From Octopus vulgaris (lineage: Eukaryota): a stretch of 64,000 bases of DNA. Location of the stretch: NCBI GenBank assembly GCA_951406725.2, contig OX597814.1, forward strand, positions 76,012,001 through 76,076,000, read 5' to 3'. Position numbers and translations under genes: made by a program. Positions 39,636-53,052 of this stretch are shown piece by piece. Numbering within the stretch: position 1 is the first letter of the stretch; each line of letters opens with the position of its first letter. The notes under the pieces were generated by a model. It was given only the letters and a program-made list of their open reading frames with translations. It searched no databases and was not told the DNA's origin.

Positions 39636-40310
39636 ACAGGGGTTGGACAAAATAATGGAAACACCTAGTATCACAGCATTATAATCTTGAAATATCTATA
39701 AAACTGTCAAAAGTTTGTCTATTTTTATGTTTTTGATTTACTATTAATGTTGCTTAATATGTTTTGCTAAAATTGCTGCTTCTTTTCAGATACCATCAGA
39801 AAAGGTAATTAAAATTCATTAAATGACAGATCTATTGGACTTTCAAAGAGGTAAAATTGTTGGTGCTCATATGGCAGGTGCTAGCGTAATGAAAACAGCC
39901 AAAATGTTTGGTGTATCAAGAAGTACTGTCTTGAAAGTAATGACAGCCTTTGAGAAAGAGGGAAAAACTTCCTTGTTGAAACAAAACTCCAGAAGAAAAC
40001 CAAAACTCTCAGATAGAGACCGTCAGGCTCTTACGCGAATTGTTAGAAAGGATCACAAAAGTACAGCTCCCAAGATTACTGCAGAGCTTAATGACTACCT
40101 TGAGAACCGAGTTTCCACAAAAACTGTTCGCCAGGAGATGCACAAAAATGGATTTCACAGGAGGGCTGCAATCAGAAAACCACTTCTTTCAAAAAAAAAA
40201 CGTTGCAAAGCATTTAGAGTGGAGTAAAAACCTACAGAATTGATCCCTAGAGCAGTGGAAGAATGTTCTTTTCTCAGATGAGTCATCCTTTACCTTATTT
40301 CCGACCACTG
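39636..40310 (+). pseudogene. Tc1-family element, left end + transposase N-terminal half
   Basis: TA-caggggttggacaaaataatggaaacac end; MTDLLDFQRGKIVGAHMAGAS..., RAAIRKPLL, WKNVLFSDESSF. Confidence 0.9.
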
Positions 40311-40329
40311 ATTGAGCTGCAGCTCCGTA

Positions 40330-40950
40330 ATTCCTCTTTGGTCATGGAAATGAAGGGCTCTTCCATTGTGATGACTGCTGCTTTGTTTCAGGGTCGTACC
40401 CATTGTCCCAACTCTTGTCACCAGTAATGATTCTCGACATGAAGGACAGGTCACCAGTGACATGCTGACAGAGATCTTTACAGACTTTGACACAATGTTC
40501 TTTTTGTTCAATGGTCAGCAGGTGGGAGACAAATATGGCAGAGAGACACTGCATGTTCAATTCAGACATTAGAATTGCTTCACAGACCCATACAACATAC
40601 CAACGACATCAGCGATGTTGTTGATTGTCCTCCGATAATCTTCATGTACAAGCTGATGAATTTTCCCCACCATTTCTGAAGGTGATGCTCAGGACTGGTC
40701 TTCCAGATCACTCATCGATGTCCAGGTATGTTCTCCTGCTTTTGAAGCGCCCATGCCACTTGAAACATTGTGTACGACCATTGCCTCATCATCATAAGCT
40801 TGCCAAAGCAGGCTCAATGTCTCCCTAGTTTCCCAAGTCTTTCCAAGTTTAACATAAAATTTCATGTTGGCTCTTTGTTTCAACTTCCTGTCTATGACAA
40901 AATTGCAGACTACAGAATCCACATGATTACAAAAACACAAATTTTTCACA
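40330..40950 (-). pseudogene. mariner transposase, N-terminal half
   Basis: LKQRANMKFYVKLGK, IITGDKSW..YDPETKQQSSQWKSPS. Confidence 0.88.
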
Positions 40951-42979
40951 ACTTGTAATTCTGTATTTGTGTTAACTAATTTTATGTTGGTTGTAAAGGT
41001 AATATTAAAGCTACACTGATTGAATGTCCTAACTAAATATATATCATACATATCTGGTGATTTGTGTGATATGAAACTGCAAGGCCATTGTCTTTGTCCA
41101 TTCATATATTTAGAGTTTTGAATATTGTTTTTACCATATCTAGAATGTATATATATTCAACATATATATTCACTGTAGTACAGGTGCCTACATTAAATGG
41201 AGCATTGCTATTTTCATCCACTTAAACTTACTATAACTACTAATGGTGCTGTGCTTCTTTCCAAATTCCAATGCTTTGGTGAAATGAGGTTTGAAAATTA
41301 ACAGATAAAACTTGAACTCAGTTTGACATTAAGTGCAAGTTCACTCAAAGTCAGACTGAGTAAACTTGCAACTATTTTTATTCTTGAGACTATTGAATCA
41401 TTAAATTGCTGTTATTTATTTATTGAAAGCTGATGGCTTTTCTTTTTCTCTTTTTTTTTACTTTTTATTGGTGTTAATACTGTTTAGATTGTGCTTACTG
41501 ACTATACCAAGTTCATTCTTTACGCAATTTATCAACCTGTATTTGAAGTTTACTGGCAAATTTTCTTTGTGATCATTCAGAGTAATATATGGCTTTTGTT
41601 TACACTTAGTTTTCTAAATTGCAATCTAATCTAAATTGTTTTGAGCTTTGCTTCCCTCTTGATTTCATCATTGTTGATGAAATTTGTCTCTCTAAAGGTG
41701 TGTATATGTCATTTATTAAGAGGTCATTGTAGGTGTTCATATCTCATTTATACAGGTTTTATGTGCGAACGAATATACTCAGCTAGATTTCTTTATTGTT
41801 TATATGTTTTTGTTGAGTTTGTATTGGAGAATATTTCTATGTATCTCCAACCTTACCTTACAAGGCATGTCTAGAAGCTCTGCTTTGAAACTTTCAAGAT
41901 TCTAGATATACCATTGTCATTGTGATCATTATCATCATCGTTTTAACATCCACTTTTCTATGCTTGTATATGTTAGAGGGAGTTTACTAAGGTATATTTT
42001 CTACTGCTGGATGCCCTTCATGTTGCCAACCCTTACCTGTTTCCAAGCAAGATATTTTCCCATTACTTGACATGCTTTGCAGAATACTGGAAATGAATGA
42101 CACTGCTTTTATGACAGTGATGCTCATACATACAGACAGACACATACACACATATTCACACATACACACACATACATACATACACACATACATACATGCA
42201 TACATACACATGCATACATACATACAAACATGTATGCATACATACATCACTCCATCCATCCATCCATCCATACCATACATACATACATACATACATACAT
42301 ACATACATACATACATACAATGGGCTTTTTCAATTTCTGTTTCCCACATCCATTCATAAGCTTTTGGTCAATCTGGAGCTATAGTGGAAGATATTTGCCC
42401 AAGGTGCCATGCTGTAGGACTGAAGCTGAAATCATGCAGTTGGGAAGTAAACTTCTCAAGGACACAGTCATAACTGTTGGAAATTTTTGCTTTTCTAAAT
42501 CAAAAGGTGTTTGTGGTTGATGAGTTTATATTGATATTTTCTTAAAAGTTGGTTTTCCATCTCATTCTGTCGCTAACATACTCCACTTTTTCTAGTTGTT
42601 AATTCATTTGTATTTTGATTGCAGGTATTGTAATATTCTTTAGTAAATATGAGCAGGTATATTTTTCCACTATCAGCCACCTTCTTTGGTTATTTAAAGT
42701 ATTCAGCTATACCAAATCTCTATAGCACTAAGCTTGCAAATACTTATATGCACAAACCAAACAGTACTCATTGATTCTTCTAGAGTAAATGAAGATTTGC
42801 TCTTGGACAGTCTTCATCAAATAATATATTGATAAAGACATTTTTGAAAATGTCAAGGAAAGTGTTTGCTGTTCACTGCCACAAAATAGTATGTCATAAA
42901 CTCGTAGTTAGTCTTATTTATTTGCACTGTGCAGTAGATCAAGCAGGTTCTGTTTGATGGGTTTTTTGTTTATCGTAGG

Positions 42980-43912
42980 TTAGTACTTGTAGCAGAGCTA
43001 CATATTACATAGTAATATGTGAGTCCACCTGCACAGCAGATGAATATATTGATGAGGTATCTAGCTTTGCTTTAATACACTAGCCTCACTTTGATACAGT
43101 AGCCTCATTCTGAAACACTAGCCTTGTTCTGAGCTACACTGTAGAAACTTCAGTTCCTGTCGCACACAATCTCCCATATGTGACTCACATGTATTTTCAC
43201 CTCAACACAAGATATATGGTTCATAAACAAGGATATTTTATCACACACACATTCTCAAAATGACTTTTCATTACACACATGCATAAATACTGTAATACAA
43301 ATATTATATGTTACTTCTTTCAGAGCAAAAGCAAAAACCAAAACTTTCTTTGTATGTAAACACACGATTTTGTATCATACTACATGCTTCCACCACAAAA
43401 GCTGAACACAGAATAAACAATATATTTATACGCAAAATGTCTTATGGTGATTCATACCAACTGTTTTTCCATTTAATAACATGCACTTGAACAGCCAATG
43501 ACAGCCGCTATAAAATGGGATTTTTGCTTTTGCACTGAAAGGAGTAACATAATATTTGTATAACAGTATGTATTCATGTGTGTAATGAGAACAGTCATTT
43601 TGAGAATGCATGTGTGATAAAATATCTTCATTTATGAACCATATATCTTGTGTCGAGGTGAATAGATATGTGAGTTGCACGTGGGAGATTCCGCATGAAG
43701 CTGCAGAGAAGACACGTGTCTTTGACTAAAACTTGGCAGGAACTAGAGTTTCTACAGTGTAGCTCATGACAAGGCTAGTGTCTTAGAATGAGACTACTAT
43801 ATCAAAGCGAGGTTAGTATATTAAAGCGAGGCTAGATACCTCATCGATATATTCGTCTGCTGTGCAGGTCGACTCACATATTACTATGTAATATGTAGCT
43901 CTGCTACATACT
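42980..43912. mobile_element. Non-autonomous long-TIR (MITE/fold-back) DNA element
   Basis: ~350-390-bp diverged inverted arms (tgtagcagagctacatattacatagtaatatgtgagtc... and its reverse complement at ~43870-43908); ~180-bp spacer; TA flanks. Confidence 0.85.
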
Positions 43913-46124
43913 AATTGAGCAAAGATATCAAAGGTATTCCATTCCTGACCGTTTAGGCTTTTTAAGTGCATCTAGAACTACATTATCTAATGTGTCTTCC
44001 CTATGCCTCATCTTTGATTTCATCATAGGTGATTGGATTTGTGTTATAGCATTTATTAGAAGTTCATTGGAGGTATTCATATCTAACTCATACAGGTTTT
44101 TAATTTTTAGAACATATTTTGAGAGAGATTTTCCTGCTGATTCTTGGGGGTTGAATAACTAAATAAATGCTTCGTAGAATTTGCTTTTTACATGGCAATA
44201 TTTTGTTTACCCTGTTGCCACTCTGAGTTTCTTGCTTTCTGCCCTTTCTTGGTATATTCCATCCATCCACCCATTTTCTCTGCCCATTATTCTTTGAGAG
44301 TCATGGGGGTAGAGTCCTTGGGCATCTTCTCTATAGGGTCATATCAGAAGCAAATATCATTACGCTTCCAAGCTGAATTCCCAAGCATGACCAGATGAGA
44401 CTATCTAACCATCTTATTCTTGGTCTACTCCAAGGTCTACTGATTGTTGACTCAGCTTGAAGAAACTGTCTTGCAATTCTTTCTGTCACATTAGGAATAC
44501 ACAAAATAAGTGTCAATGGAGTGAATTACACAATGTAACAAAATTTTTATATTTGTTTTTGTTTTTGGTCAGTAAGTGTTATTTCCTATTTGTTTCTATC
44601 TAGAAATCAAAGGAAATTACTACTATTCCCTTCAAACTTTACTTTTGTGATCTGGGCATCAATGTTTTGAAACACCTATTTTCCTTTACATTTCACACAG
44701 ATTCAGTGCTGAGTTGCTGAAGCAGAAATACTGTTATAGCAAATATTCTGCTCAATACCAGATTTGCTTGTCAGTTGCTTGACCTTAATGACTTGAGCAT
44801 GTTCTTTAGTGGCTGACAATATGTGCATCTCTGATCATGGGCAGGAGTAGTGGGAGGATATCATAGCTATGTGTTGAGAGGGATTTTGAGGGTGTAAATA
44901 AATGTACCAAAAGGAAAGTTTGAAGGAAATATTAGCCATTTTTCATACTTTCTAGGGGTAAGCAAATAGAAGATAACAGTTGCTGCCCAAGGACAAAAAT
45001 CATGTTTCACAGTGTTATCTGTTTCAAACAATGGGTGCATGTGTGTTTGTGTGTTCATGTGTGTATGTGTAAGTGCTTTCCATGTAATTTTGGTTGTTTT
45101 GTGGTGGCGGTGGTGGTAATGATGATAATGAAGAGGAGGATATATGTACGCATGCATATACATATATATATATATATGCCTGTATGTTTATATATTTAAT
45201 TGAACATGTGTGTGCATGTGTGTGTAATTGTTTTATCCTACAATTTGATATTGAAGAAATATAGTTTAGGTGGATATAAAAATCAAAAATATTATTTCAT
45301 ATTGGAACCAACATTGGTATTCAGTATTCAGTCTTGTATTATCATTCACCATTTTGGGAGAATAACACTTTGAAAATTCAATAAAATAAGTGAAATAATA
45401 ATGAAATAAATATTATAATTCATAAATTCTTATCACAAACTGATCTTTGGTCTGAGTTTAATAATTCATGAAATACATTCTTTCGTCTTTAGGTCACAAT
45501 TCAACTTACAGGTGATTAATATTTTTAAATCTTTGAAAGGGGGAAAAAAATGTTGTTTCTGACAAGGAAAGTTCATTCATTATTTTTTCTTTTTTGTTGA
45601 GTTAAAAAAATAGTTAGGAGACAAATAAACAAGTCACATGAACCATCAAATTTTTTATTTTGGCTTTTTTTTTTTAATATTTCATATTATATTTTACTAA
45701 AGAGAAAATAAACATAATCTTAATGGCTTTCTTATATTCAGTATTATGATGTTTTTAAATCTGATTTTTAGAGATGACATGATAGAAACAAGGTGGGGTA
45801 TCTTATAGAATGCTAGAGTGTTTTTATACACATAATATTCAATTTCAATATAAGCATGGAATTCAGACTGAAGAGAAGCTGGCTCAATCTTTAAGATGAT
45901 GAAATTAGAAACTGAACGTTGACAGAACAACTCAGTTTTGATAAAAATTTAATATAAAAACAATAGATAAAATATATATAAAAAATTTAATATGAAAAAT
46001 AAATAAAACATATAAAAAAAACTGATATATTGATTCACTGGTACTTTCAAATTTCACTAATGGTCTTACATAATATTCCCTATTATTAATATTATTATTA
46101 TTATTTTTATTATTATTATTATTA

Positions 46125-46240
46125 TTGCCTTTCATCCTTTCAATGTCAATAAAATAAGTAACAGTTGAACACTAGGGTTGATGTAACTGACTTAGCCTCA
46201 CCCTTGAAATTGCTGGACTTATGCCAAAATTTGAAACATT
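46125..46240 (+). mobile_element. SINE family B 3' fragment between (TTA)n tracts
   Basis: tgcctttcatcctttc..ccaaaatttgaaac. Confidence 0.65.
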
Positions 46241-46830
46241 TATTATTATTATCATTATTATTATTATTGTTGTTGTTGTTAACAAAAATAGAAGAGTGCC
46301 ATTGTTATCAAGTGAATGATATTTTATTATTATTATTATTATTATTATTATCAATAATATTAATATGCTTAGTTTTGTTTGTTTTTGTATGTACCTGTGG
46401 TGTGTGTCACACTTACTTCAAAGGAAGAAGTGAGTGGCAAAGCGAGAGAGAGGAGAACAGAGAGAAAGTAAGAGAGAAAAAGAGAGAATGAGAGAGAGAG
46501 AGAAAGAGAGAGAGAGCGAGTGAAAGAGACAGTGGTTAGTAATGATGTTTGTTTTGTGTTCTTAAATGTTTATCACATCGCAAGAAAAGTAGATACATAA
46601 ATCCAAAGAAAGTTGATACACATATTGTTAAATTAAAAGCGGGAGAGAGGAAAGACACAGAAGAAGTGAGAGGGAAAGAGAAAGAGAGAAAGTGAGACAG
46701 CAGATACATAGATCGAAAGAAAAGTTGATACATAGATACATAGACATTGCTAAATCAAAGACAAATAACTACAGCAAATATTGGCTCTCACTTTCACTTT
46801 TCATTACTGCACGAGGATAAAAGTAACTTG

Positions 46831-46972
46831 CATAGTGGCTGAGTACTCCACAGACATGCAAACCATTAACGTTGTTCTCAGGGAGATTCAGCCTCACACA
46901 GAATATGACAAGGCTGGCCCCTTTCAGTCACAGCTACAACTCATTTTGGCTAGCTGAATGGACTAGAGCAAG
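46831..46972 (-). repeat. Partial duplicate of the SINE at 47290-47582
   Basis: gtggctg.g.actccacagacatgca..gggagattcagcctcacacagaat.tgacaaggctgg occurs twice. Confidence 0.85.
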
Positions 46973-47289
46973 ATAAACCTTCAAATGATTGGAAGAAAAT
47001 GAAAAAAGATCCTATATTGGAACAGGAAAATCTTTTTAGGTCACTATGGGTGTTAATCTGGTCCTAACAGCGGCATTTGTGGGTCTCACAGATCTGGAGG
47101 CCAAGCTATCTGGAGGCCTAGATAAACATCGATGTGCAGGCTATTATCAAACTGAACATGAGTCAAGAGCAAATATATGACAGAATAGCAATTATTTCGT
47201 TTTATCTTCCGCTGCTTATACTAAACACGTGACAATATGGAACATTTCCTTTTCTTCCACTCTTTTTTAAAAAATGGCACTCTGATCGA

Positions 47290-47582
47290 TGGAACAGTTT
47301 ATCTGATCAATGGAACAGTCTGCTCATAAAATTAATGCATATGTGGCTGGGCACTCCACAGACATGCAGACCATAACGTAGTTCTAAGGGAGATTCAGCC
47401 TCACACAGAATGTGACAAGGCTGGCTCCTTTCAGTTACAGCTACAACTCATTTTTTCCAGCTGAGTGGATTGCAGTAAGGTGAAGTAAAGTATATTGCTT
47501 AAGAACACAGCGCACTGCTGGGAATTGTATTCATGACTTTATGATCGTGGGCTGAATACCCCTAACCACTGAACTATGTGCC
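47290..47582 (-). mobile_element. tRNA-derived SINE
   Basis: Minus-strand head ggcacatagttcagtggttag..caattcccag, then tgtgttcttaagcaatatacttt..ccactcagctgg. Confidence 0.7.
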
Positions 47583-48081
47583 TTCACTCTCTTGACCATA
47601 TAGAAAAGGAGTGAATCGATAGAGACAGAGAAAGGAAAGCATCAATCATTTTCAATGACAATTAGACTGAAATATGATTGATCTTTTCTAGCTTCTTTAC
47701 TTTTAACGATGAAGCAGAGGGAAAGACATTTAGTAATGAATGGAGGGAAAATCTTTCAGGCGTTTACGTTTTTATTCTGGGAGTTCTAGAACGATTGAGT
47801 GTTAGTTCTCTCTTCTTTCCCCCACCCTCGGTACTTATTTGCCTTCTTTCATAGTTCTTCATGTCTCTTGGTTGGGGGGAAAGACCATGTTTTTTTTTTC
47901 AGGCATGTTTAACATTTTCTCTACAAACTACAAACAAGCCCCACCACTTGCTTTTTCTTTTTATACAAAAACTAATGAATGGGATATAGCTGTTAAAAGA
48001 GCCCAGAAAAATGGGTAATTCTCCCTACAAAATGGGTAGGAGAGAAAAGTTGCCAACAGGTGGCTAAACGAAATTTAACTC

Positions 48082-48412
48082 TAGAGTGTCTTCTGCTATA
48101 ACCTCAGACTGACCAAAGCCTCGTGAGTGAATTTGGTAGACAGAAACTGAAAGAAGCCCGTCATATAAGTGAGTGTGTGTGTGTGTATTTATGTGTGTGT
48201 GTTGTTTGTAGCTGTGTTTGCCCAGATCACCATTACTTGACAACGGATGTTGGTGGGTTTGAGTCCCCATAACATAGCTGTTTAGCAGAAGAGACTGATA
48301 GAATAAGCATCAGGCTTACAGGGAATAAGTCCAGGGGTCAATTTTTTTGACTAAAGGGTTGTGCTTCAGCCTGGCCACCATCAAATAACTGGAACAAGTA
48401 AAAGAATAAAAG
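48082..48412 (+). mobile_element. SINE family A lacking its head
   Basis: Aligns to 21584-21955. Confidence 0.8.
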
Positions 48413-48672
48413 ACTACCAGAAGAACTTTCTGTACCACTACACCCAAGAAGGCTCTTTGAATATGTATGATGTATTTTAAGGCTAAATAGTAATTCTGCT
48501 TATATTTGCGTAACTGAGATGTTTTGGTTGGATTATATAGTTATCGGTTTTACATTTCTTTCTATATTCTGTAATTGTCACAATATAGAAACCTTTCTCA
48601 TGGCACCAGCACATAATTTACAGATGTTTACATTTTTTAATATTTTCAGTGAATTTTTCACGGGTCCAGCTG

Positions 48673-48995
48673 GTTATTATTACTATTACTATTATTACTA
48701 TTATTATTATAATTATTATATTATTACTTGGTTTGACTCAGGTTCCTGGTAGGATTTATGTGGGTAGTGAGTTACTAACTATAACTTTAGGTATTTGCAA
48801 GTTTTCAGCAGCCTTTCAAATGCTTAGAACCCTCCTGATAACCCTTGCTGTCCCTAAGAAACAAACATATTGTAGGAGCTCTACAAGACATTTTATTCCA
48901 ATCTCCTTCAGCCATTTATCTATATCTTGGCTTACTGTTCCCAATGCACCAATTTTTATAGACATGACTTCTACAGTTTTCATACATCAAATTCC
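48673..48995 (-). mobile_element. R4/Dong-like LINE 3' end with (TAA)n tail
   Basis: Minus strand gives VEVMSIKIGALGTVSQDIDKWLKEIGI...LLQYVCFLGTARVIRRVLSI*, then a short UTR and (TAA)n. Confidence 0.75.
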
Positions 48996-49019
48996 CCTGG
49001 TGGTTTGCTGTGCTTGAAA

Positions 49020-49330
49020 AGACATGTCAAATTAAGTAAAAGTATGGTTGTCCTTGCGTACAGGCTCATCCCATGTAACCCTCTCCAACTGAGCATCCCT
49101 AATCTCACAGGCTCATAGGTGCTATTGTATAAAAAGTACCTGCACCGATGCTGTGTAAAACCACCCAGTACACTCTGTAGAATGGTTGGTGTTAGGAAGG
49201 GCATCCAGCCATAGAAACCATGCCAAAATAGGCATGGAGCTTGAACAGCCCTTCAGCTGGTCAGCTCCTGTTAAACCATCCAACCCACACCAGCATGGAA
49301 AATAGACATTAAACAATGATGATGATGATG
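49020..49330 (+). mobile_element. RTE LINE 3' UTR fragment
   Basis: ggttggtgttaggaagggcatccagcc..(gat)n. Confidence 0.7.
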
Positions 49331-49696
49331 GCTTGCCCAAGGGGCCAAGTAGGGCAAACCTGAAACCACAGGGATTAAAATGAAGTTCTTATCTACAAAA
49401 CCCTGTCTGCACCTTCTTAACCACATTACAATGAATATTTGTAAATCCCTAAAATACAGGGTATTTACAAAAACAATTTGATAAACTTGATTATAATGTT
49501 TCCCTGCTAGAAATAGCAAATGCATCTCCATGAAATCCATTCACACCATCTAAAAGGAAACACTGTATAATGTAATTGCTGATATACCATATCTGAAAAT
49601 ATACCAGAGTAGTCATTTCTGGAATGCTTTTACCAGCAAGAAATACTTTTTATATCTGAAGATGACATTGATTTATGTGTAATCTAATAGACCTAT

Positions 49697-49905
49697 ATTA
49701 GTTTCAAATTTTGACACAAGGCCAACAATTTCAGAGGAGGGAGTAAATTGATCACTTCAACCCCGGTACTCAATTTGTACTTATATTATTGATCCTGGAA
49801 TGCAAAGTCAACCATAGCAGCATTTGAACTTGGAACACAATGACAGATGAAATGCCACTAAACATTTTGCCCAATGTGCTAACAATTCTACCAGCTCACC
49901 ATCTA
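49697..49905 (-). mobile_element. SINE family B, degenerate
   Basis: Aligns to 12645-12870. Confidence 0.65.
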
Positions 49906-50494
49906 GGATTATATTAAAGGAAATTTTATTAACTCTATGTGAAAAACTATTCTATTTATTATAAATATGTTGTTATAAATATGAAATGTAATTATAAATA
50001 AAAATGTAATTATAGATATAAATATCAAAATACAAAATAAAAATGTAAACTTGTTGTTAATGACTTTTTAAGAATTTAATATCATTTCAATAAATATAAT
50101 ACTATTTAATCAACTCAAATGTATATTTTAATGTAAAATACAGACTTCTTCCAGAAGGCCACACTTCAGGAACTCAAAAGTCACATGTAGCTTTCAGGCT
50201 AAGGTTCTTACTTTATCTCATAACATAAGTGTGTTTGATCCAGGTTGAGATGAAGCTTAGCAACAACAACTTCAATAGTTATAAAGGATTATATTAACTC
50301 TTCTTAAAAGGTGGTGAGCAGGGAAAAGCAGATGTTAAATGATGACGATTATCATTATGATAATGATTATGGTAATGACAATATATATATATATATGACC
50401 AGGCTATCAGATGTTGCTACACATCGCTGGTCACAATGCATTTCACATTGTTTTAGTCTTCAAATGACGCCACCCCGCTGGCTAAGCAAGCAGG

Positions 50495-50563
<69 letters not shown>

Positions 50564-50566
<3 letters not shown>

Positions 50567-50715
50567 AAGAGCTCACGAAAAAACAAAAGACGAAGACAGG
50601 TGGTGTACAAAACAAACAGATGTATTAGTATAACGCTCAGGAATAGAAAAAGTCTTTTATGTTTCGAGCGTACGCTCTTCTACAGAAAGGGACACAGATA
50701 AACAAGGAGAGTAAG

Positions 50716-50720
<5 letters not shown>
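50564..50720 (-). mobile_element. Short PLE-like terminal fragment in (TA)n with a variant hammerhead (50654-50689)
   Basis: Minus strand reads CUUU-CUGUAGAA-GAGC GUAC GCUC-GAAAC-AUA-AAAG; homologous to 18650-18780. Confidence 0.5.
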
Positions 50721-50768
<48 letters not shown>

Positions 50769-50891
50769 TACACACATATATATATACACACACACACATA
50801 TATATATATACACACACACATATATATATATACATACATATACACACATGTGAAATTCCTCTCCTCCCTATTATATATACATACATACGAA

Positions 50892-51898
50892 CGTAGTGGA
50901 TAACAGCTAGGTCTTTGGCCGCATTTTTGACCCTATTGTGTTCACTACTCTGATTGGTTGGTATTGGCGCAATTTGTCTCTTACTCTATCGTGCCAATAT
51001 GGAGTGTATAGCCAATCGAAGCCCCTAAATAAGGTCACATGTGATAGCCTGTTCTCAACTCAGTTTTGAGCCTACAACTCCTTATAAAAACCCAGCTTCT
51101 CCTTGTCTTGAGGTCTTTTGGTTCCAGACCTTTTAAGGTCTAGCCACTGACCACACATGACACAGCCAGTTCCAGTGACAACACAACAGCAACCACGTTG
51201 AGACTAAATCAACTTCGTCCAACAGCATTCAGCGACCTCCAGCTCCACTGCCACCATTCGTTCTAACGTCAAAATCTCTCTACGTACACAACTCAACAAG
51301 CAACTCACCCAGGTTACAACACTGTGCTATTCGTGAATTACTTCACTAAGGATCAACAGCAAATATACATCCTGCGAGAACTCCTGTACCAAGTGACCCA
51401 GGCAGCAGCCTCACAGCCACAACTGCACATATGACATGTACTGCAACCAGCTCTGCATCATCGCCGCAACTTCTTGATACGGTATTTCAACTATCGTGTA
51501 CAATTGACTACAAACTGGTATTTGTCATTCTTGTGTCTATGAACTTACTCCTCACTTCGATGGCTATAGACTCTTTCACTGTCTCTTCTTCATCGCCATC
51601 CTTATATGTTCTTAACACGCATACATCTATGCCTGCATACACATGCATACATATTATTCTTATGACGGCCTGTCTATTATTCTGTATATATGACACATGC
51701 ACAAACACACATGTTAACATATCAATAAATCTTCTCTTAAATATTCTGCCCGGTTGTGTCTCTTTTTTCCCACTGGCACATAAATGTATTATTCTATTTA
51801 TTGTGCCAACCATGGGATGTACTAAGGAGCCATTCTTGTTACCTTGCTTCGCATGGGCATTACAAATTGGTGACCCGTTCCAGCTCCTTGAAACTACA
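50892..51898 (+). mobile_element. LTR (probably Gypsy-type), ~1 kb
   Basis: cgtag (tgtag-like)...ctaca ends, tataaaa at ~51083, ataaa signals, tggtgaccc PBS-like motif at 51868; motifs shared with 29155-29742. Confidence 0.65.
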
Positions 51899-52140
51899 AG
51901 AATAATTATAATGGAAGAAGGAGATACTCCACAGGTACCATAAACCTTCCATTCCATTATTACACTAACAAGGACAATGCAGGTCCTTGTTAGTGTATAT
52001 GTTTTCATTCATGTGCATTAACCTCAGCATTAGAGCATTTTAGCTCTTATTTCTAGCAATGTAGGTGTTTCTTAACACCCTAGTCACATTTAGTGACAAT
52101 TATAATTCTCCTTTTTGGTGAAACATTGCAACCTGCTGTT

Positions 52141-52175
<35 letters not shown>

Positions 52176-52682
52176 TGTATATATTGCCCGTGTTACATGC
52201 AATTGAAGAATTAGACTTTTCTCTTATATTTTCTCTAATGAACTGGAATACCTATGGTTCGAATTTCATCAAAATTGCAGATGAGGGTTCTTTCCCTCTT
52301 TACACACCCTAAAAAAATTCTAATCACGACACATGTATCCCATACTACTGATCTTTATGTACAGATTCCAAAATTCCAGTCTTATGGAACCTGTTAAAAG
52401 GATTTTGCTCCTGAAAAATGGAGGTCATGGAGCTCTAAAATGTGGGAGTCAAGGCCCCTATTGGGAGTGGGTGTTTTAATGTCAACCAGAGAAGTTGAAT
52501 TGTTGAGAATTGTTTAAACTTGGGTCTTATATCTATTGTTTGAATTTCTTTGAAATAGGAAATATATGTATGTTCACTGGGTTTGTAAAAGTGAACATAA
52601 AAAAATGACTAAAATTTGGGAGTTAAGGGGGTCTTAGAATCCTCATGAGAAGTGGAAACTGAGAATACTTCTTGATGTATGT

Positions 52683-53052
52683 CAATTACCCAACAGCCAT
52701 GCTGAAATGGTGTTTTTAGGTATCACGTGCTCAGGAGCCAATCCAGCAGCACTGGTATCAACCTCGCTTGAATGTTGCTTTTCATGTGCCACTGGCACAA
52801 GTTCGAGTAAGGTAATGCTGGTAATGATCACGCTTGAATGGTGTGTTTTACATGTCACTGGCATGGGAGCCTGTCAACAGCCCTGGCAACGATAACGCTT
52901 GAATGGTGCTCTTTGTGCTCCACTGGCACAGATGTCATTGAATTTGATTTCGATTTCAATTTCACTTGCCTCCACAGGTTTTTGCAAGCAGAGTTTAGTG
53001 TCCAATGAAGGAAAGGTATGCATAAGTGGGCTGGTTACACCACTGGCATAGG
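52683..53052 (-). mobile_element. RTE LINE 3' UTR fragment
   Basis: Reverse complement of 34280-34590. Confidence 0.8.

Noticed and set aside
44331-44516. RPWSRPRIRW motif resembling a LINE C-terminus
   Set aside because: A single short motif; too weak to call.
45470-45520. Possible micro-exon (tttag...ag|gtgatt)
   Set aside because: Splice-like words are expected by chance in AT-rich DNA; needs RNA-seq.
51431-52008. Overlapping 170-aa and 166-aa ORFs
   Set aside because: They lie within and just beyond an LTR and show no recognisable domain.
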